Origin: Balamuthia mandrillaris
Lineage: Eukaryota
Direction: 5' to 3'
Assembly: GCA_031835245.2 (NCBI GenBank)
Contig: JAVKOQ020000006.1
Span: 310,001 to 374,000, forward strand
Length of the DNA: 64,000 nt
A model generated the notes under the pieces. It saw only the letters and a program-made list of their open reading frames with translations. It was not told the origin of the DNA and did not search any database. The position numbers and the translations under genes were made by a program. Below, one piece after another: positions 30,204-43,343 of the stretch (the first letter of the stretch is position 1; every line of letters starts with the position of its first letter).

Positions 30204-30951
30204 ATGCTGAGGTCCTCCGCAAGTTCGGTGGATGTGGCCGGCTTTCTCTCCGACCTGAAGGTTTCCTCCGCTTCGTCTTCGGGTCCTGCCTCTAAGGAAC
30301 TTCAACTCCAGCAGGAAGTCGCTCTGCGGGTGCTCACCAACTTGGCCGCCGATGGTTTTTTTTCCATCTCCTTTTTTCTTTCTTTTCTTTCTTTGGTTTT
30401 TTGGGCTCATTGTCATGTCCATGCATGTGTAGATCGCTACCGAGCAGAAATAGCAAGCAAAGGAGGCATTCCGTTGGTCGTGGCTCTCGTTGCGCCGAAC
30501 AACGACCCTGCCTTGCGCGTTCTTGCCATTTGGTGTCTTTCCAATTTGGCTGCTTCCAATCGTTTGTTCTTTTCTCTGCTCTCCCTCTCTCGCTCACTCT
30601 CACTCTCACTCTCACTCTCTCTACCTCTCTTCGCTCTTTTCTTCTTCTTCTTCTTCTTCTTCTTCTCTCTGATTTTTTCTCACTCTACAAAACCAGAACA
30701 AACCCAAACAGCGGTTGGCTGCAACCAACCTCTTCTCTCTCACCTGAAACAATTGCTGCAAGAGGAGAGCGACAACCATGACATCGTGGAGAAGGTGCTT
30801 TGGCTGCTCTCCAACGTCACTTCCAACAACGCGCAGGTAAAGGTGGCCGTCGCCAACGCCGGTCTTATCCAGCAGCTTGTCCCTTTTCTCAGGTCTTTGT
30901 GCTCCTTCTCTTTCGTGGATGGATCCACGTTGCCGTTCTAATATTCCTTTT

Positions 30952-30991
<40 letters not shown>

Positions 30992-33353
30992 TTGAATGAT
31001 CAGCTTTGATGAAACGCGTGTGTCTAGCAGCGAAGTGCCGCTTGAGGCCTTACATTTCAGCGAGACTATCATAAGAGCAACTGTACAAGTTTTCAGAAAT
31101 CTCTTCTCGCAAGGTTCTTTTTTGCTATTGCTTCTTTCTGCTCTTCATTATAGTTGTCCTCGTTTACCTCTGTTCCCTCTCTCACCAACCATATAATATC
31201 ATATCATATCACATAGGTTGGGAAATACAGTCCAAATTTTGTGCAGTAAGTGGGAGTATCAGAATGGCGGTCAAGTTACTGGCCTGTCCCAGTCCCACTA
31301 TTCAAAACCAGATCACTTTTCTGGTGTGGATGCTCACCATTTTTAATGGTTAGTTAGCATTCGTGCCTTCTTGTTCTTCTTCTTGTTCTTCTTCTTCTTC
31401 TTCTTTTCTTCTGCTGACATGTTTGCGCCGAACCAAAACAGAGAACGTTCGAAAAGAGATTGTGTCAGTAGGAGTCATACCTTTGCTTACCAGGCTGCTT
31501 GTGTTGAGTCCTGACCAAAGCACACAAGAGCAGGTCATCAAAGTTTTGATGAATCTTAGTGCCAACGGTTCACTCTCCCTCTCGTTTAGTGTCACAGTGA
31601 ACTGCAGACTGACGCAGGAACACAAACAAACTAAAAGAGGAAGCATCGTCTGCGTTTCACCAAAACAGAATAGTAATGCCGATGATCGACTTCATGAAGA
31701 ACTGTAAGAACAACGAAACTGAATTGGCCATTGTCCGTACTCTTGTCAATCTTTCTTATAACGGTTCTCTCTCTCTCTCCTCTCTCTTCATTGATGTGAA
31801 TGTACTGTTGACAATGAAATGGTCCTTATGCAGAGGACTTGCTGAAGGCCGTGCGTCAAGCAGGCGGCGTGCCTCCGTTGGTTGGCTATTTATCTACAAA
31901 AGATGACGAGTTCATCCAAGACTTACTGCCGCTCATCATCAATCTTAGTACAGATGGTATGTTGTTATATGAATGCTTTCTCTTTGGCAACCAGCTGGTA
32001 TGGCACCTATCTTTGGCTGATAACACTGTATTACAGAACGCAACAGAGCAGCTCTGCAACGAGCGAATGCAGTGGCTGAATTGAAAAAAATTCAGAGCAG
32101 AGTGAAGGACCCGGAGTTGCGCTCCAATATGGAACCTCTCATGCACAACATATCTCTTCCCATTCCTCCTTCTGTTCTTGCTGGTTAGTTTCCAAGAGAG
32201 GACCCTGTCTTCTCTCTCTCTCTCTCTCTCTCTCTCTTTACCCATAACAAAGTGTTACTAATTTGTGCTCATTTTCTCATCGCTATATAGAAGAAGAAGC
32301 TGAACTTCGTGAAGCGTCGCAACGTATGAAAGCGGCAATGGTTACACCATCAGCATTGCCGTCCGTAGCAACAGCTACAGGAACACTTCCTAAAACTTCC
32401 TCTTCCTCCTCCTCATCTCCATCGTCTACACAAACCATTCCTTCTCCTTCCCTCTCTTCTCTTTCCTCTTCTCCTGCTTCTGCTTCTTCCTCTTCTACTG
32501 CCCCTCATTCAACCCCAACTTCTGCGCCTTCATCTAAGAACTTATCACCAAAGGTTGCTGAGGATGGTTCACGCCCAAAGGACATTGTGGTGGATGCATC
32601 CGATAAGAAGACTAAGAAGCCAATAACGTCTACAGCTGCAACATTGAAGAAGAACAAAAGTGGCGAAAAGACGAAGGAAAAGAAGAAGGAAAAGGGCAAA
32701 GAAAAGGAGAAAGAGAAGCAGAAAAAGAAGAAAGAAAAATCTGGAGGCAAAGGCAAACATAAGCGGACGAGCGTGAAAGAAGAAGCTAAGGTTTGAATCC
32801 TCTTTGTCCTCTCCCCCTTTTCTATGCATGTAGCATTCTTTTGGTCTTATTCTCCGCCACTCTCTGTCTTTTTAATGGCAATAGCTACTTCACGATGACC
32901 TGAAGAGTGCAGTAGATGCAACAATCACCTCCTCGGGCTTGGTATCGAGCGAAGGCCTTCCCGTTCCTCCTCTCCCTGCTGCAACATCAAAAACAAGTAA
33001 AACCACCTCTCCGCTTTCGTCACCGACCTCATCCAAACAAAGCAGCAGACGCACACCGCCTTCGAAGAAGCTCCCACAGACTCCTAAATCACCTTCAGCT
33101 GCTGCTTCTGCTTCCGTTCCAACTAAAGCCGCAAATACGTCTGTGACCGCTGTGCCTCCCTCGCCCAAAGCACTGTTGTCATCGTCAGCACCACATCCCA
33201 CTGCTGTTGCTGTAGCTGCTCCTCCTGCTGCTCCTTCTCTTACGCGAGATGAAGAGCAGAGGCTATATATGAGAAGACGTTTTATTGCCCAAGAAATCAT
33301 GGACACCGAGACTCACTACGTCACTGCTCTCGCTTTCGTCATCGAGGTTTGGT

Positions 33354-33385
<32 letters not shown>

Positions 33386-34569
33386 AACTTCATATCGAAC
33401 CAAAGAAATACTACGAGCCATTGACCAATAAAGCAAAGTTGGGAGGCAAAGCGTCCTCCAACCTTCTGACGGGAGAGGAGGTCAACGGCGTGTTCAGCTA
33501 CATCGAAGCCATCTACTCCTTGAACAACTCGTTCTGCACAGATCTCAAAGCACAAATGGTTCACCTCAACGCGAACGACACACAACTTTGCTTAGGTGAT
33601 CTCTTCATAACAACTGCCAGCTTCATGAAGATGTATTCCAGTTACATCAACAACTTTGACAACAGCATTCGTCTTCGTGACCAGCTGAACAAGCGTTCCG
33701 CATGGCAAAAGTTCATTCACGATGTCTTCCGACAAAACCAAAAGAGAATGAACTTATCGCTGGACGACTTGCTGATAATGCCTATTCAACGAGTGCCGCG
33801 CTACCGTCTCCTGCTGCAAGACTTGTTGAAACACACCCCTCCTTCCCACATAGACCATCCCAAGCTTACTCTTGGTTTGTTTTGCTTTCCTTCTCCTCCT
33901 CTTCCTTCTGTTCTTTCTTTCTTGTTCCTTTCTTTTTTTAAAAAAAGATTGTTTTAACAATGATGCCTCTCTCTTGTGCAGCTTTGGAAGAAATAAAAAA
34001 GTTAGGAGACTATCTGAACGAAGCTAAGAGGCAAGCAGAGGGCCTTAACCAAGTGTTGGCTCTTTCTAAGAGGATCACGTCGTTACCTTCTGGGGAGGTT
34101 TGTGTTTGTTTTTTTATTTCTAACCCTTGTGTTGTATTTTCTTTTTCTTGTTAACAACTCCTTCCAGGTTATTATAATGCCGGGCAGGTTACTAAACAAA
34201 CAAGGCCACGTGTTGGAATATAGGAAGAAAGGCTCTTCCAGATATAGATACGTGTTGGCGTTTACAGATGTGTTGATGTTAACACAAAAGAAAAAGGATA
34301 CATTTCTGTTCAAGTGCATGCTTCCGTTCAAAGGCATGCAGGTTCAGCCTCTTCCTGACTCCATCGGTACCATGATCCTCTCCTCTCCTCTCCTCTTGTC
34401 GCATTTATAATACACTAGCCTTTTAACAACGTTACAAAACAAACACGATACAGAGTTACGCAATGCATTCAAAGTCAGAGGAGGAGCGGGACAGGAGCTC
34501 ACTCTTTTTGTGACGAAGAAAGAGGAACAGGAAGAATGGGTCTCCCATTTGCAACACCAAGCCAACTGA
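30204..34569 (+). CDS. Armadillo-repeat RhoGEF (ARM repeats, linker, DH-PH)
   Basis: ARM repeats (GGIPLVVALV..CLSNLA; GVIPLLTRLL..LMNLS; GGVPPLVGYL). DH domain (RRFIAQEIMDTETHYV..LLIMPIQRVPRYRLLLQDLLKHT). PH domain (GRLLNKQG..YVLAFTDVLML..EEWVSHL*). Confidence 0.88.
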
Positions 34570-34891
34570 TGCTTGATTGACGCATCAACCTTGTCCTTGT
34601 AAAAATATAGCGATGCATTGTTCGCTCTCTCTTTCTCTCTCCCTCTCTCTCTCTGCTCTCTCTGCTCATGGGCGAAGCGTTACCTCTGTCAGTGGTAATG
34701 CCTTTTTTTTAACAATGGTGGGGTTAAAATTATGTCTGTAGAGAGGTAAGGGAAAATCCCCGTTCTTTGTTTAGGCTGAGTTATGGGGGAACCAGCCCTT
34801 GCCGTATTTCGACCAAAACAGAAAAAGAGAACGAGAAAGCCAGAAAAAAAGAAAAGAACGACGACAGCGGGGAGGAGCAAGAGAAGAGCAA

Positions 34892-36694
34892 ATGATGGCC
34901 GAAGCCCAACCACAGTCACAACAAGCCGTCCCGGAGGAAGCGAACGACACCTCGGGCTCTGTCGTCGGTAGAAAGCGCGCACTGACCACCGAGGAAAAAC
35001 ACCGCTTGATGGTCGCCAAACAGCTCCTATCCAACGGTCCGCAACCGCAGAATCCCGAAAACGAGCCTTCCTCCTCTGCCTCCTCAGCTTCCTCCTCCGC
35101 CTCGGATGGAAAAGCCACAGCAACGAATGCCAACGTTGAGGAAGCCATCAGCGAGGAGGAGCGCGTCCGAAGGAAAGCGGAGGAGCAACAAAAGCAACAG
35201 ATGGAGAAACTGATGGCGTTGATGAAAACGCAACAAGAACAGGGCATCAACATCAAGCCGATGACGGCCAGCGGAGAAGAGGAAGACGGGGAAGAAGGGA
35301 AGAAAGGAGTGTTTAAGAGAGGTTTGTTGGGCCTCAAGAAGAAAAAGAAGAAAGAGGAATCGTCGGCGGAGAACCTCCTCGGGGACGCCGATAAGGAGGA
35401 ACAAAAGAGGAGGAAGCAGGAAGAGAAGGAACGAAAGAAGGCGCAGAAGCAACAGAAGAAAAACAAAGAGATGGTCATCGGCGGTCCCACCAACTTCAAG
35501 CACGAGTCTAGTGGCTTTGGAGCTATGATGGGCGGTGGTGGCCCTGCCATCGCTGCTCCTCCTGCTGTTCCTTCTCCTTCTCCTTCTCTGTTATCTGCTT
35601 CTGAAGCGGAAGAACAACAACGAATGAAGCAACAGGAAGAGGAACGAAAGCACAAGCAACAACAGGAAGAGGAGGCTACCAGAAGAGAACAAGAACAGAA
35701 GAGAAATGAAGAAGAGGAAGAGAGACAGAAGATAAGAGTTGCAGAAGAGGCAGCCAGAATGCAGAAACAAGAAGAGGCGGCCTTTAAGCGACAAAAGGAA
35801 GAAGAAGAAAAGAGGAGAAAGGAGGAGGAAGAAGAGGAAAAAAAGAAAAAGGCCGAAGAGGAAGAAAGACAAAGAAAGTTGGAGGCACAACAAAGAGAAG
35901 AGGAAACAAAGAAGAGAATGGAGGAAGAGCAAAGGAAAAAACAAGAAGAGGAAGAGAGGAAGAAGAAACTAGAGGAGGAAGAGAGAAGGAGGAAACAAGA
36001 GGAGGAGGAAAAGAGAAAGAAGCAAGAGGAAGCGGAGAGAAAAAAGAAAGAAGCTGAAGAGAAGAGAAGAAGAGAGGCAGAACAAAGAAAACAAGAAGAA
36101 GAGAGGCGAAGAAAAGAAGAGGAGGAAAGGACTAAGAAGTTGGAAGAGGAGCGAAACAGAAAGAGAGAGGAAGACGAAAGAACCAAGCAACAAGCTGCCC
36201 TCAAGAAAATGGAAGAAGAAAAGAGAAAACGAGAAGAAGCGGAGAGGAGAGCTGCTGCTGCTGAAGAAGAACGAAAAAGGAAACAAGCCGAACAAGAAGC
36301 AATGCAGAAGAAAAAGGCTGAAGATGAGAGAAAGAGAAAGGACGAAGAGGCGGCAAAAGCCGAAGAACAAAAACGGCTCAAGCTCGCTGAAGAACAAGAG
36401 GAAGCAAAAAAGAAAGAAGAACAAAGAAAAGCGGCTGCACTCAAAGCCAAACAACTGGAAGAGAAGCGAATCCAGACAGAAGAAAGAATGCAACGTAGCG
36501 CTCAACTACGAAGAGAGGAAGAGGCAAGGAAGCTCGCCGAAAGGAAAAGGCACGAAGAGGAGATCAAGACGCAGAAGGAGACTTCTTTAGACCCGACGGT
36601 GGACGAAGCTACGCCCATTCTCGCAGGGCATGCCGCAACATCAGCTGTCATCACTGGTGGTGGAGCTTGTTGCTCCTCCTGCACTTTGTTCTAA
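34892..36694 (+). CDS. Intronless protein with a CRIB-like motif, a long E/K/R-rich helix and a C-terminal CaaX box
   Basis: EMVIGGPTNFKHES is a partial CRIB motif. About 300 aa of alternating EEE/RRK blocks follow. The protein ends GGGACCSSCTLF*. Confidence 0.75.
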   Translation: MMAEAQPQSQQAVPEEANDTSGSVVGRKRALTTEEKHRLMVAKQLLSNGPQPQNPENEPSSSASSASSSASDGKATATNANVEEAISEEERVRRKAEEQQKQQMEKLMALMKTQQEQGINIKPMTASGEEEDGEEGKKGVFKRGLLGLKKKKKKEESSAENLLGDADKEEQKRRKQEEKERKKAQKQQKKNKEMVIGGPTNFKHESSGFGAMMGGGGPAIAAPPAVPSPSPSLLSASEAEEQQRMKQQEEERKHKQQQEEEATRREQEQKRNEEEEERQKIRVAEEAARMQKQEEAAFKRQKEEEEKRRKEEEEEEKKKKAEEEERQRKLEAQQREEETKKRMEEEQRKKQEEEERKKKLEEEERRRKQEEEEKRKKQEEAERKKKEAEEKRRREAEQRKQEEERRRKEEEERTKKLEEERNRKREEDERTKQQAALKKMEEEKRKREEAERRAAAAEEERKRKQAEQEAMQKKKAEDERKRKDEEAAKAEEQKRLKLAEEQEEAKKKEEQRKAAALKAKQLEEKRIQTEERMQRSAQLRREEEARKLAERKRHEEEIKTQKETSLDPTVDEATPILAGHAATSAVITGGGACCSSCTLF

Positions 36695-36786
36695 TGAACA
36701 GTCTCTCTCTCTCTCTCTCTTTCTTCTTTCTGAAACAAAAAAGCATTACTTTGATCGACTTTTTTTGTTTATGCGTGCATACAGAT

Positions 36787-37656
36787 TCAGCGTTTGGAGC
36801 TGATGCTCTCGAGGTGGTTTGCTGTCTCGATGATAACGTAAAGAATGACACAAGCGCCAGCGAAGAAGAAAAGGAAGGAAGCAAAGGATCGCAAAGAATG
36901 CGGCAGATACCTGCTGGGCTTTTGCAGCTTCTTTCCATCCCTCTCCGCCAGTTCCTTCTCTCGTTCCTCCTTGATTCGTCGTTGAATCCTTTCTTGCAAG
37001 CGTTTCGTGTAGCTCTCGCTGAAGACCTCAAAGTAATAGGAAGCACCGAACCACACGCACACCACGAATACTGCAATCAGCTGCAGCGTGTGCAGCCAAA
37101 AGTGTTCGTAGACGTACTTCATTGGAAACAGCGTTACCACTGTGTACAACGCTTGAAAGGCTGAAGAACAAAAACAAAAAAAAGAGATAAAATGAGATAC
37201 AGTGAAAAAAAGCAGAAAGCAGCGCTGCGTACCAACTAACAGAAGAACAGGATTGATATCCCAGCCATAGGCTAGCAGTGCTTTATAAATAGGGTGTGGT
37301 CTTACTTTGGCAAACCAACGAGCCGAAGTCATGATTTCTTGGTCCTTTGCAAGTTTCTTTCTGTCGATGATCTCCGTTTTGAGAATATAGAGGAACTGTT
37401 GAATAAAGATAGTTTAAAAACGTAGAATAAGTAACCAGTTTCCGTAAAGCAAAAGTTAAGCAGAAAGAGCGCGTACCTGCCAGAAGAAATACAGGCCAAG
37501 TGGCCACCAAAAAGCAACTCCAAAGGTAACAGTACACTCTTCGTTGGAACAGACGGCAAAAAGCTCTCTGTTTGACGGAAACCATCGCATACAGTACGTA
37601 ACTATTAAACAGAAAGAAGACCGATGAGAGAGGAGGGAGAGGGAGAGAGGGAGAGG

Positions 37657-37690
<34 letters not shown>

Positions 37691-37981
37691 AGACGAACCG
37701 ATTGGCGGATAAATATGAATAAAGACGCTGGTTATCTTATCGAGGTCGTGGAACACGAGGCAATTCTTCCACATAACAATGGCTGTGAGAAGAGGGCCAT
37801 TGCAAAGAGAAAAGATGAACTGAAACAAGACGGGATTGCCGGGATACATATACGTAAACATCAACAACAAAAAGTTGCAGAAATAGCAGAAGTCCAGCAG
37901 GAAGTAGTGGAACTTGAGCTTGTGATACAGTACGAAACGAATGCACACCAACTGTTTTTTCGTCTCATTTAGCGCCTTCGT

Positions 37982-38033
<52 letters not shown>

Positions 38034-38485
38034 AGGGAGAGGGAGAGGAGAGTACAGGTAGAATCAAGCATGTATACAACAGGTAGACGAGTTCGGGTTT
38101 TTGAAAGATCAGAAACTCTGTAACAAGCATCATAACGATGCCTCCTGTATATCCACTGTTAACAGTTTACATTGTGAAACAGAACAGTACAGTTAATAAA
38201 CGCAGGCAATTTAAAAAAAAAAAAAGGAGGTACGGACATCTTATCAACCAAGCGAACAAAGGGCGGCATTGTCATTTTCTCAACGAGGGCTTTGCGACGC
38301 TTTTCGATAAACTTTTTGCCAGCAAGCTTGTTTTTATCGATGAGCTGCTTTGTGGCTTCCTTCTTCTCATCAATGAACTTCTTGCCTCTGCTGTTCTTCA
38401 ACTTTTCCAATGGCTCTTGCAGCTTGCCCAACGCCTTCCTATTTGAAAGCAACCAAAAGAATGAGAGAGAGAAACAGAAGGAGAA

Positions 38486-38523
<38 letters not shown>

Positions 38524-39173
38524 AGAGAAGAGAAGAGAACGATGAAGAGAACGATGAAGAGAAGAAAATGATGAAGAGAATAACAGAAGAGTACAGAGAA
38601 AAGAAGAACAAGAGGAAAAAACATGAAAAGAGAAGCGGTATAAAAAGGGTAGCAGGCAACGTACGACTGCCACAGCTTCACAAAGTTTTGGAAGAAGTTG
38701 TCCTCGCCCATGTCAATGGACTCCAGCCCCTCAAACCACGTCTCCAGGTCATCTGCGTCCAAGGCGGCAGAGGCCTCCATTCCCCGCTGCAGCAGCTTTC
38801 TCTCCTTCTCCTCCCTCTCCCTCTCCTCCCTCTCCCGCTCTTTCCTCAGATAGCTTCCTCCGACGCTGTACTCAGAGGCAGAGCGGTGCAGCCGCGTGGC
38901 AGAGCGAGCGGCGGCGTTGAGAGAGCTCGCTTCCTCTTCATGGCCTTCTTTGGCAGCGTGAAGTAGCAGCAGATGGTTCGATGGTCGTTGCGAGTCGCTG
39001 CTTCTGCTCCTCCGTCGGAGGCCGTTGTCGTTGTTAGTTGTTGTTTCGTCAGCAGTTTTTTCGTCGTTGTGTGTTGTCTCTGCGTGGCTGGCGCTGTTGT
39101 TGTTGTCCTCTGTGGTCGCTGCTGCCGCAGAAAGGGAGGCAGCCGCCGCCGTGTCCTCCATTGGCTCTGTCAT
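36787..39173 (-). CDS. GPC1: Glycerophosphocholine acyltransferase (GPC1/DUF2838 family)
   Basis: PPFVRLVDK, IRFVLYHKLKFHYFLLDFCYFCN, NGPLLTAIVMWKNCLVFHDLDKITSVFIHIYPP, MTSARW and CVWFGASYYFEVFS. Confidence 0.85.
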
Positions 39174-39664
39174 CACTTTCTTCTTTTCTTTTTTTCTTCC
39201 GTTTTTTTTTGTTCAATTTGATAAATTTTCAATATTTCAATATTTCTCGGATTTAAGTTTCGATAATTTTCCCACACAAGGAATCCAACTGGTTCACAAA
39301 ATGTCCAACTCCAAGAAGAAATCCAGGCGGGAATTATACGGCAAACGCTTCCTCATCGAAAGGAACTCCAGTAATTAGCCTGCCAAAAGGAAACGCGTTC
39401 CACCGGTTCCGCATGCATTTTCCGCGGAACTTCCGAGCCGATTGAGGTGGGCCCACCTTACGGCAAAAACAGGCGAAAGGGCAGCCCCAAATGGGAGCAG
39501 TCACCTCTTCTTCCCCTCCTCCTTCTTGCTTCTTCTTTTTTAAGTATCTCAAGAAGGCGTGCTTGCTTCCTTCCTCATCTTCGTCTGAACATCAAACAAC
39601 AACAACAACAACAACAACATCGAAAACACACACACAGGACAACAAACTACATCCTAAGAGCAGC

Positions 39665-41143
39665 ATGGAGGATTGCTTCGCGGAGAGTGTCCCACAGAGC
39701 AGCGCACAAGCGGCCACCGTGGCGCCTGGTTGGTAAAACGAACTTGGTTTCTTCTCCTCTTGGCTGTTGGGGGACTGACTAACATCCACAAAACATGGGC
39801 ACACACACCCCAGTGGAGTATAAGGAGAAGAGGCTGTTCACCCCTGGGCCGTTGGGCGTCAGCAGGACCACCAAAGAAGCCATGCTCTACGACCTGGGCT
39901 CTCGCGACCAGCAGTTCATGCAGGTCGTCAAGTCCATCCGCTCCTCGCTGCTGCGCCTGGCGGGCGTGTCGGAGGAGGAGTACACCACCATCCTCATGCC
40001 AGGCAGCGGCACCTTTGCCGTGGAGTCGGTCATCACCACCTCCGTGCCGCGAGAGGGCGGGCACCTGCTGGTCCTCTCCAACGGCTGCTACGCGGAGCGC
40101 ATCGCCCAGATAGCCACTTGCCTCGGCATACGCACCACCGTGCTGGAGTGCCCTGAGGATGCGCCCCTGGACTTGGACAAGGTGGAGAGGACCCTCCTCT
40201 CGGATCCCTCCTTCACCAACGTGGTGATGGTCCACTGCGAGACCAGCTCGGGCATGCTCAACCCCGTGGAGGCCGTTGGGGAGCTGTTGGGCCGCACCGG
40301 CAGCAAGGCCTCCTTCTTTGTGGACGCCATGAGTAGCTTTGGCTCCATCCCACTGGACTTTCAAAGGGCTAACCGCCTGGACTGGCTGGTCAGTTCCGCG
40401 AACAAGTGCATCCAAGGCGTGCCGGGCTTTGCCTTCATCATCGCCAGGCGGGCTGCCCTGGAGGCCTGTCGTGGGAGGGCCAGGAGCCTCAGTTTCGACC
40501 TCTACGAGCAGCACAAGGGCCTCGAGGAGAAAGGACAGTTCCGGTTCACCCCTCCCACCCACGCCTTGCTCGCTTTCCACCAAGCGCTGCGTGAGTTGCA
40601 GGCTGAAGGTGGCCCTAAGGCCAGGGGGCGGCGCTACAAGGCCAACCTGGCAGTGCTAAGAAAGGGCATGGCCGAGCTGGGCTTCAGGGAGTTCCTGGCA
40701 CATGTGGAGGAAGGGCGAGAGGAGCGATTCATCATTACCTCGTTCTTGTATCCGGAGGATCCCAAGTTTTCCTTTGAGCGGTTTTACTCGCTGTTGGGAG
40801 AGCGGGGCTTCTGCATCTACCCAGGCAAAGTCACCAAAGCAGACTGCTTTCGGATTGGCACGATCGGACATCTGTTTCCTTCTGGTTTGTTGTTTCCTTT
40901 CTGTTCCTTTTTTTGTTTGTTTGTTGGCCTTGAGGACTTGGTATCTTTCAACGAAGAGGCACCATTTTATTTTTTCTGTTTTCGGAGTTGTGGAGCTGAC
41001 CGCAAATCACAACCCAAACAGACATAAAGGAGTTGGTGAAGGCCGTGAGGCTGGTGCTCGCGGAGGACATGGGCATGGACGTCCCGCTCTCCAAGGGCTT
41101 GAGTAGGACAAAAAAAGTGGCGGGCGCAGGTCAACAACAGTAA
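39665..41143 (+). CDS. phnW: 2-aminoethylphosphonate-pyruvate transaminase (PLP class V)
   Basis: LFTPGPL..KEAMLYDLGSRD, GSGTFAVES, VHCETSSGMLNP, VDAMSSFG, SSANKCIQGVPGF (PLP lysine), QFRFTPPTH and IYPGK. Three exons with introns at about 39729-39813 and 40885-41021. Confidence 0.92.
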
Positions 41144-41329
41144 CGCGGCGAGGAAATCAGGATTTCTTCGGCAACCGAATGAGGGGCCATTGGATCACAA
41201 ATAATTATAACTGACCAATGGGAGCTCGCCTAATTAACTTGATTTTTCCTTTTAACCACACACTTTACCTTTTCAGTGTATAAATTGATAAATATGGTAA
41301 TTAATATATATAATATTAGATAATCATGT

Positions 41330-41432
41330 ACACGAGGATTTATGCGCTGACCAATGTACGTTTGCCTCATAAATTACAAACCCCGTCTATTCTCCGGAGT
41401 GAATAAATAAGAGTCTGCCAGGCATTTCTTTT
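41330..41432 (+). promoter_or_regulatory. Conserved promoter block of LPMO-like copy 1
   Basis: ACACGAGGA, ACCAATGnACGTTnGCCTC and CTGCCAGGCATTTCTTTT also occur, in the same order, upstream of copy 2. Confidence 0.65.
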
Positions 41433-41488
41433 TTGGTTTTTTTCAAGTTTAACGAACAAACAAGCGAACAGAAACAAACAAACGAACA

Positions 41489-42726
41489 ATGCTGAGTACC
41501 GGAGTGAAGCTGGCGGCTTTGACGCTGCTCTTCGTGGGCCTTGCCATGGGCCACGGCTACCTGGCCTCCCCTGACACCAGAGACATCCTCGCGGGCCGTC
41601 AGGACCACCAAATGTGGGCTCCTGTCGGACATGCGGACAGACCTGGTTGCTCCGGATGTGTGGTGAAGAACGCTCCTGAGTACCCTGTACGTAGTTTTTG
41701 TTCTTTTAACAATCCTCACTTTTGCAATTGCTTACCTTTTCCTCTTTCTCCAACAAAAAAGCAATACACCTGCGGAGGTATCGAGTACGACGGTTCCTCT
41801 GATCTTTTGGCCCTCACCGCCGGACAAAACTTGGACATCTCCTGGTATGTGAGCGCTCCTCACCCCGTACGTATCTCTCTTCTTCTTTCTCCTTTGTTTG
41901 TTATTAGAAAGTTTGTTGACCCAAATTGTTACTACTAAAAAAATATTACAGGGAGAATGCTTGATCTACCTCAGCACTGGACCCACGGATGACCCTGAAA
42001 CCGAGTGGTACCTCATTGATGTCATCTGGAACTGTGCTTGTACGTTTTTTCTCTACTGTGCTTTTTTGTTGTTCCACGCATTTAAAACCTCGTTGTACTA
42101 ATGTTTTTGTGTTCTGAAGTCGGAGACGACGTTGTTGCCGGCGACACAGTCGACGGCGCGGTGACCATCCCTGAGTATGCCCAGGACTGCGAGCACTGCG
42201 TCCTCCGTTGGGAGTGGTACGCCATCCAGCAAGTCTCTGCTGTTGAATACTATGGTATGTTCTCTTCTCTCTTTACTTTCTTCTCACCTTCTTTAGGTTT
42301 TCGCTTACTTCGATTCTCTCCTACTTTCTTGGTTATGTAGTGCAATGCGTGGACGTCTCCATCAGCAGCGACAACACCGGCACCACCCCCACCCCCACCA
42401 TCGCCATCCCCGGCTGGCAGTCCGCCGACGCCTCCCTCTACCGCAACGAGTACACCCCTCAGCCGGACGACAGCTACACCGGCCCGGAGATCGCCTCGGT
42501 CTCAGGCTACAGCTACACCCCTCTGAACTGGGAGGGCGGAGCCCCTCAGCCCGACGGCAATGATGACGGCACCACCGATGGTACCACCGACGGCACCACC
42601 GACGGCACCTCCACGGACGGGTCTTCCACGGATGGCACCTCCACGGACGGCACCGAGGATGGGGACGGTGAGGACGGCGGCTCTGCCTCTCACCTGGCTT
42701 CCTTTGTCTTGCAGGCCCTCTTGTAA
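41489..42726 (+). CDS. Secreted histidine-brace copper protein (LPMO-like), copy 1, with a possible GPI-anchor signal
   Basis: The signal peptide ends LAMG and is followed by HGYLASP (His1). Second His in APHPGEC. CEHCVLRWEW and EYYVQCVDV follow. A D/G/T/S stalk precedes the tail SASHLASFVLQALL*. Five exons. Confidence 0.8.
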
Positions 42727-42849
42727 AAACAAACAACTGCCCTCTTACCCTTTGTTTATTTATCACCAAGTTTAACAAAAACAGTTTTAACGAGATATCA
42801 TACCTTTGAAATGTGTGTGTTGACCTTGTGCTTTACAACGAAGAACATG

Positions 42850-42897
<48 letters not shown>

Positions 42898-43343
42898 AGG
42901 GAGAGAGAGGGAGAATTGATGGTAACAGTTCGGTAATACTTGTACTTGGACCAAGTTGAAACTCCAAACATACGTCTCTATCCTTGCTTCCCGCGTGGTT
43001 AACACAATAGTAGTTCTTTTTCCCTTTCGTCTTTGGACACATGCATGCACACAAACACTATACACCAACAATTACCAAAAAACAAAAAACACAACTACTC
43101 CGAGAGCTCTTGCGAAAGGATGAAGGGCTGTGTGTTGCTGACGACATGGCACCAAACACAAATCCTTGGGCTGTTCGCTGCTACGCAGCCAAACACACGA
43201 GCGATCATAATGTCCTTAAGGTTCATATATTAAATCATTATCAAGAGTTATCCTTGTAGGGATATAAACTGATAAAAATGGTATACCTTGATGAATTAAT
43301 ATAAGGCCTTATATTAGGGATATACAGTGCGTGGTGTACTTAC

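Noticed and set aside
34771..36450. 559-aa F/S/L-rich ORF on the - strand
   Set aside because: It is the antisense shadow of the purine-rich E/K/R coding sequence on +.
39654..40583. 309-aa - strand ORF opposite phnW
   Set aside because: Open antisense frames are expected in GC3-rich coding DNA, and it has no motifs.
42790..43260. Short ORFs between the two LPMO-like copies
   Set aside because: There is no consistent splice-linked frame or motif, so I treated the region as intergenic.
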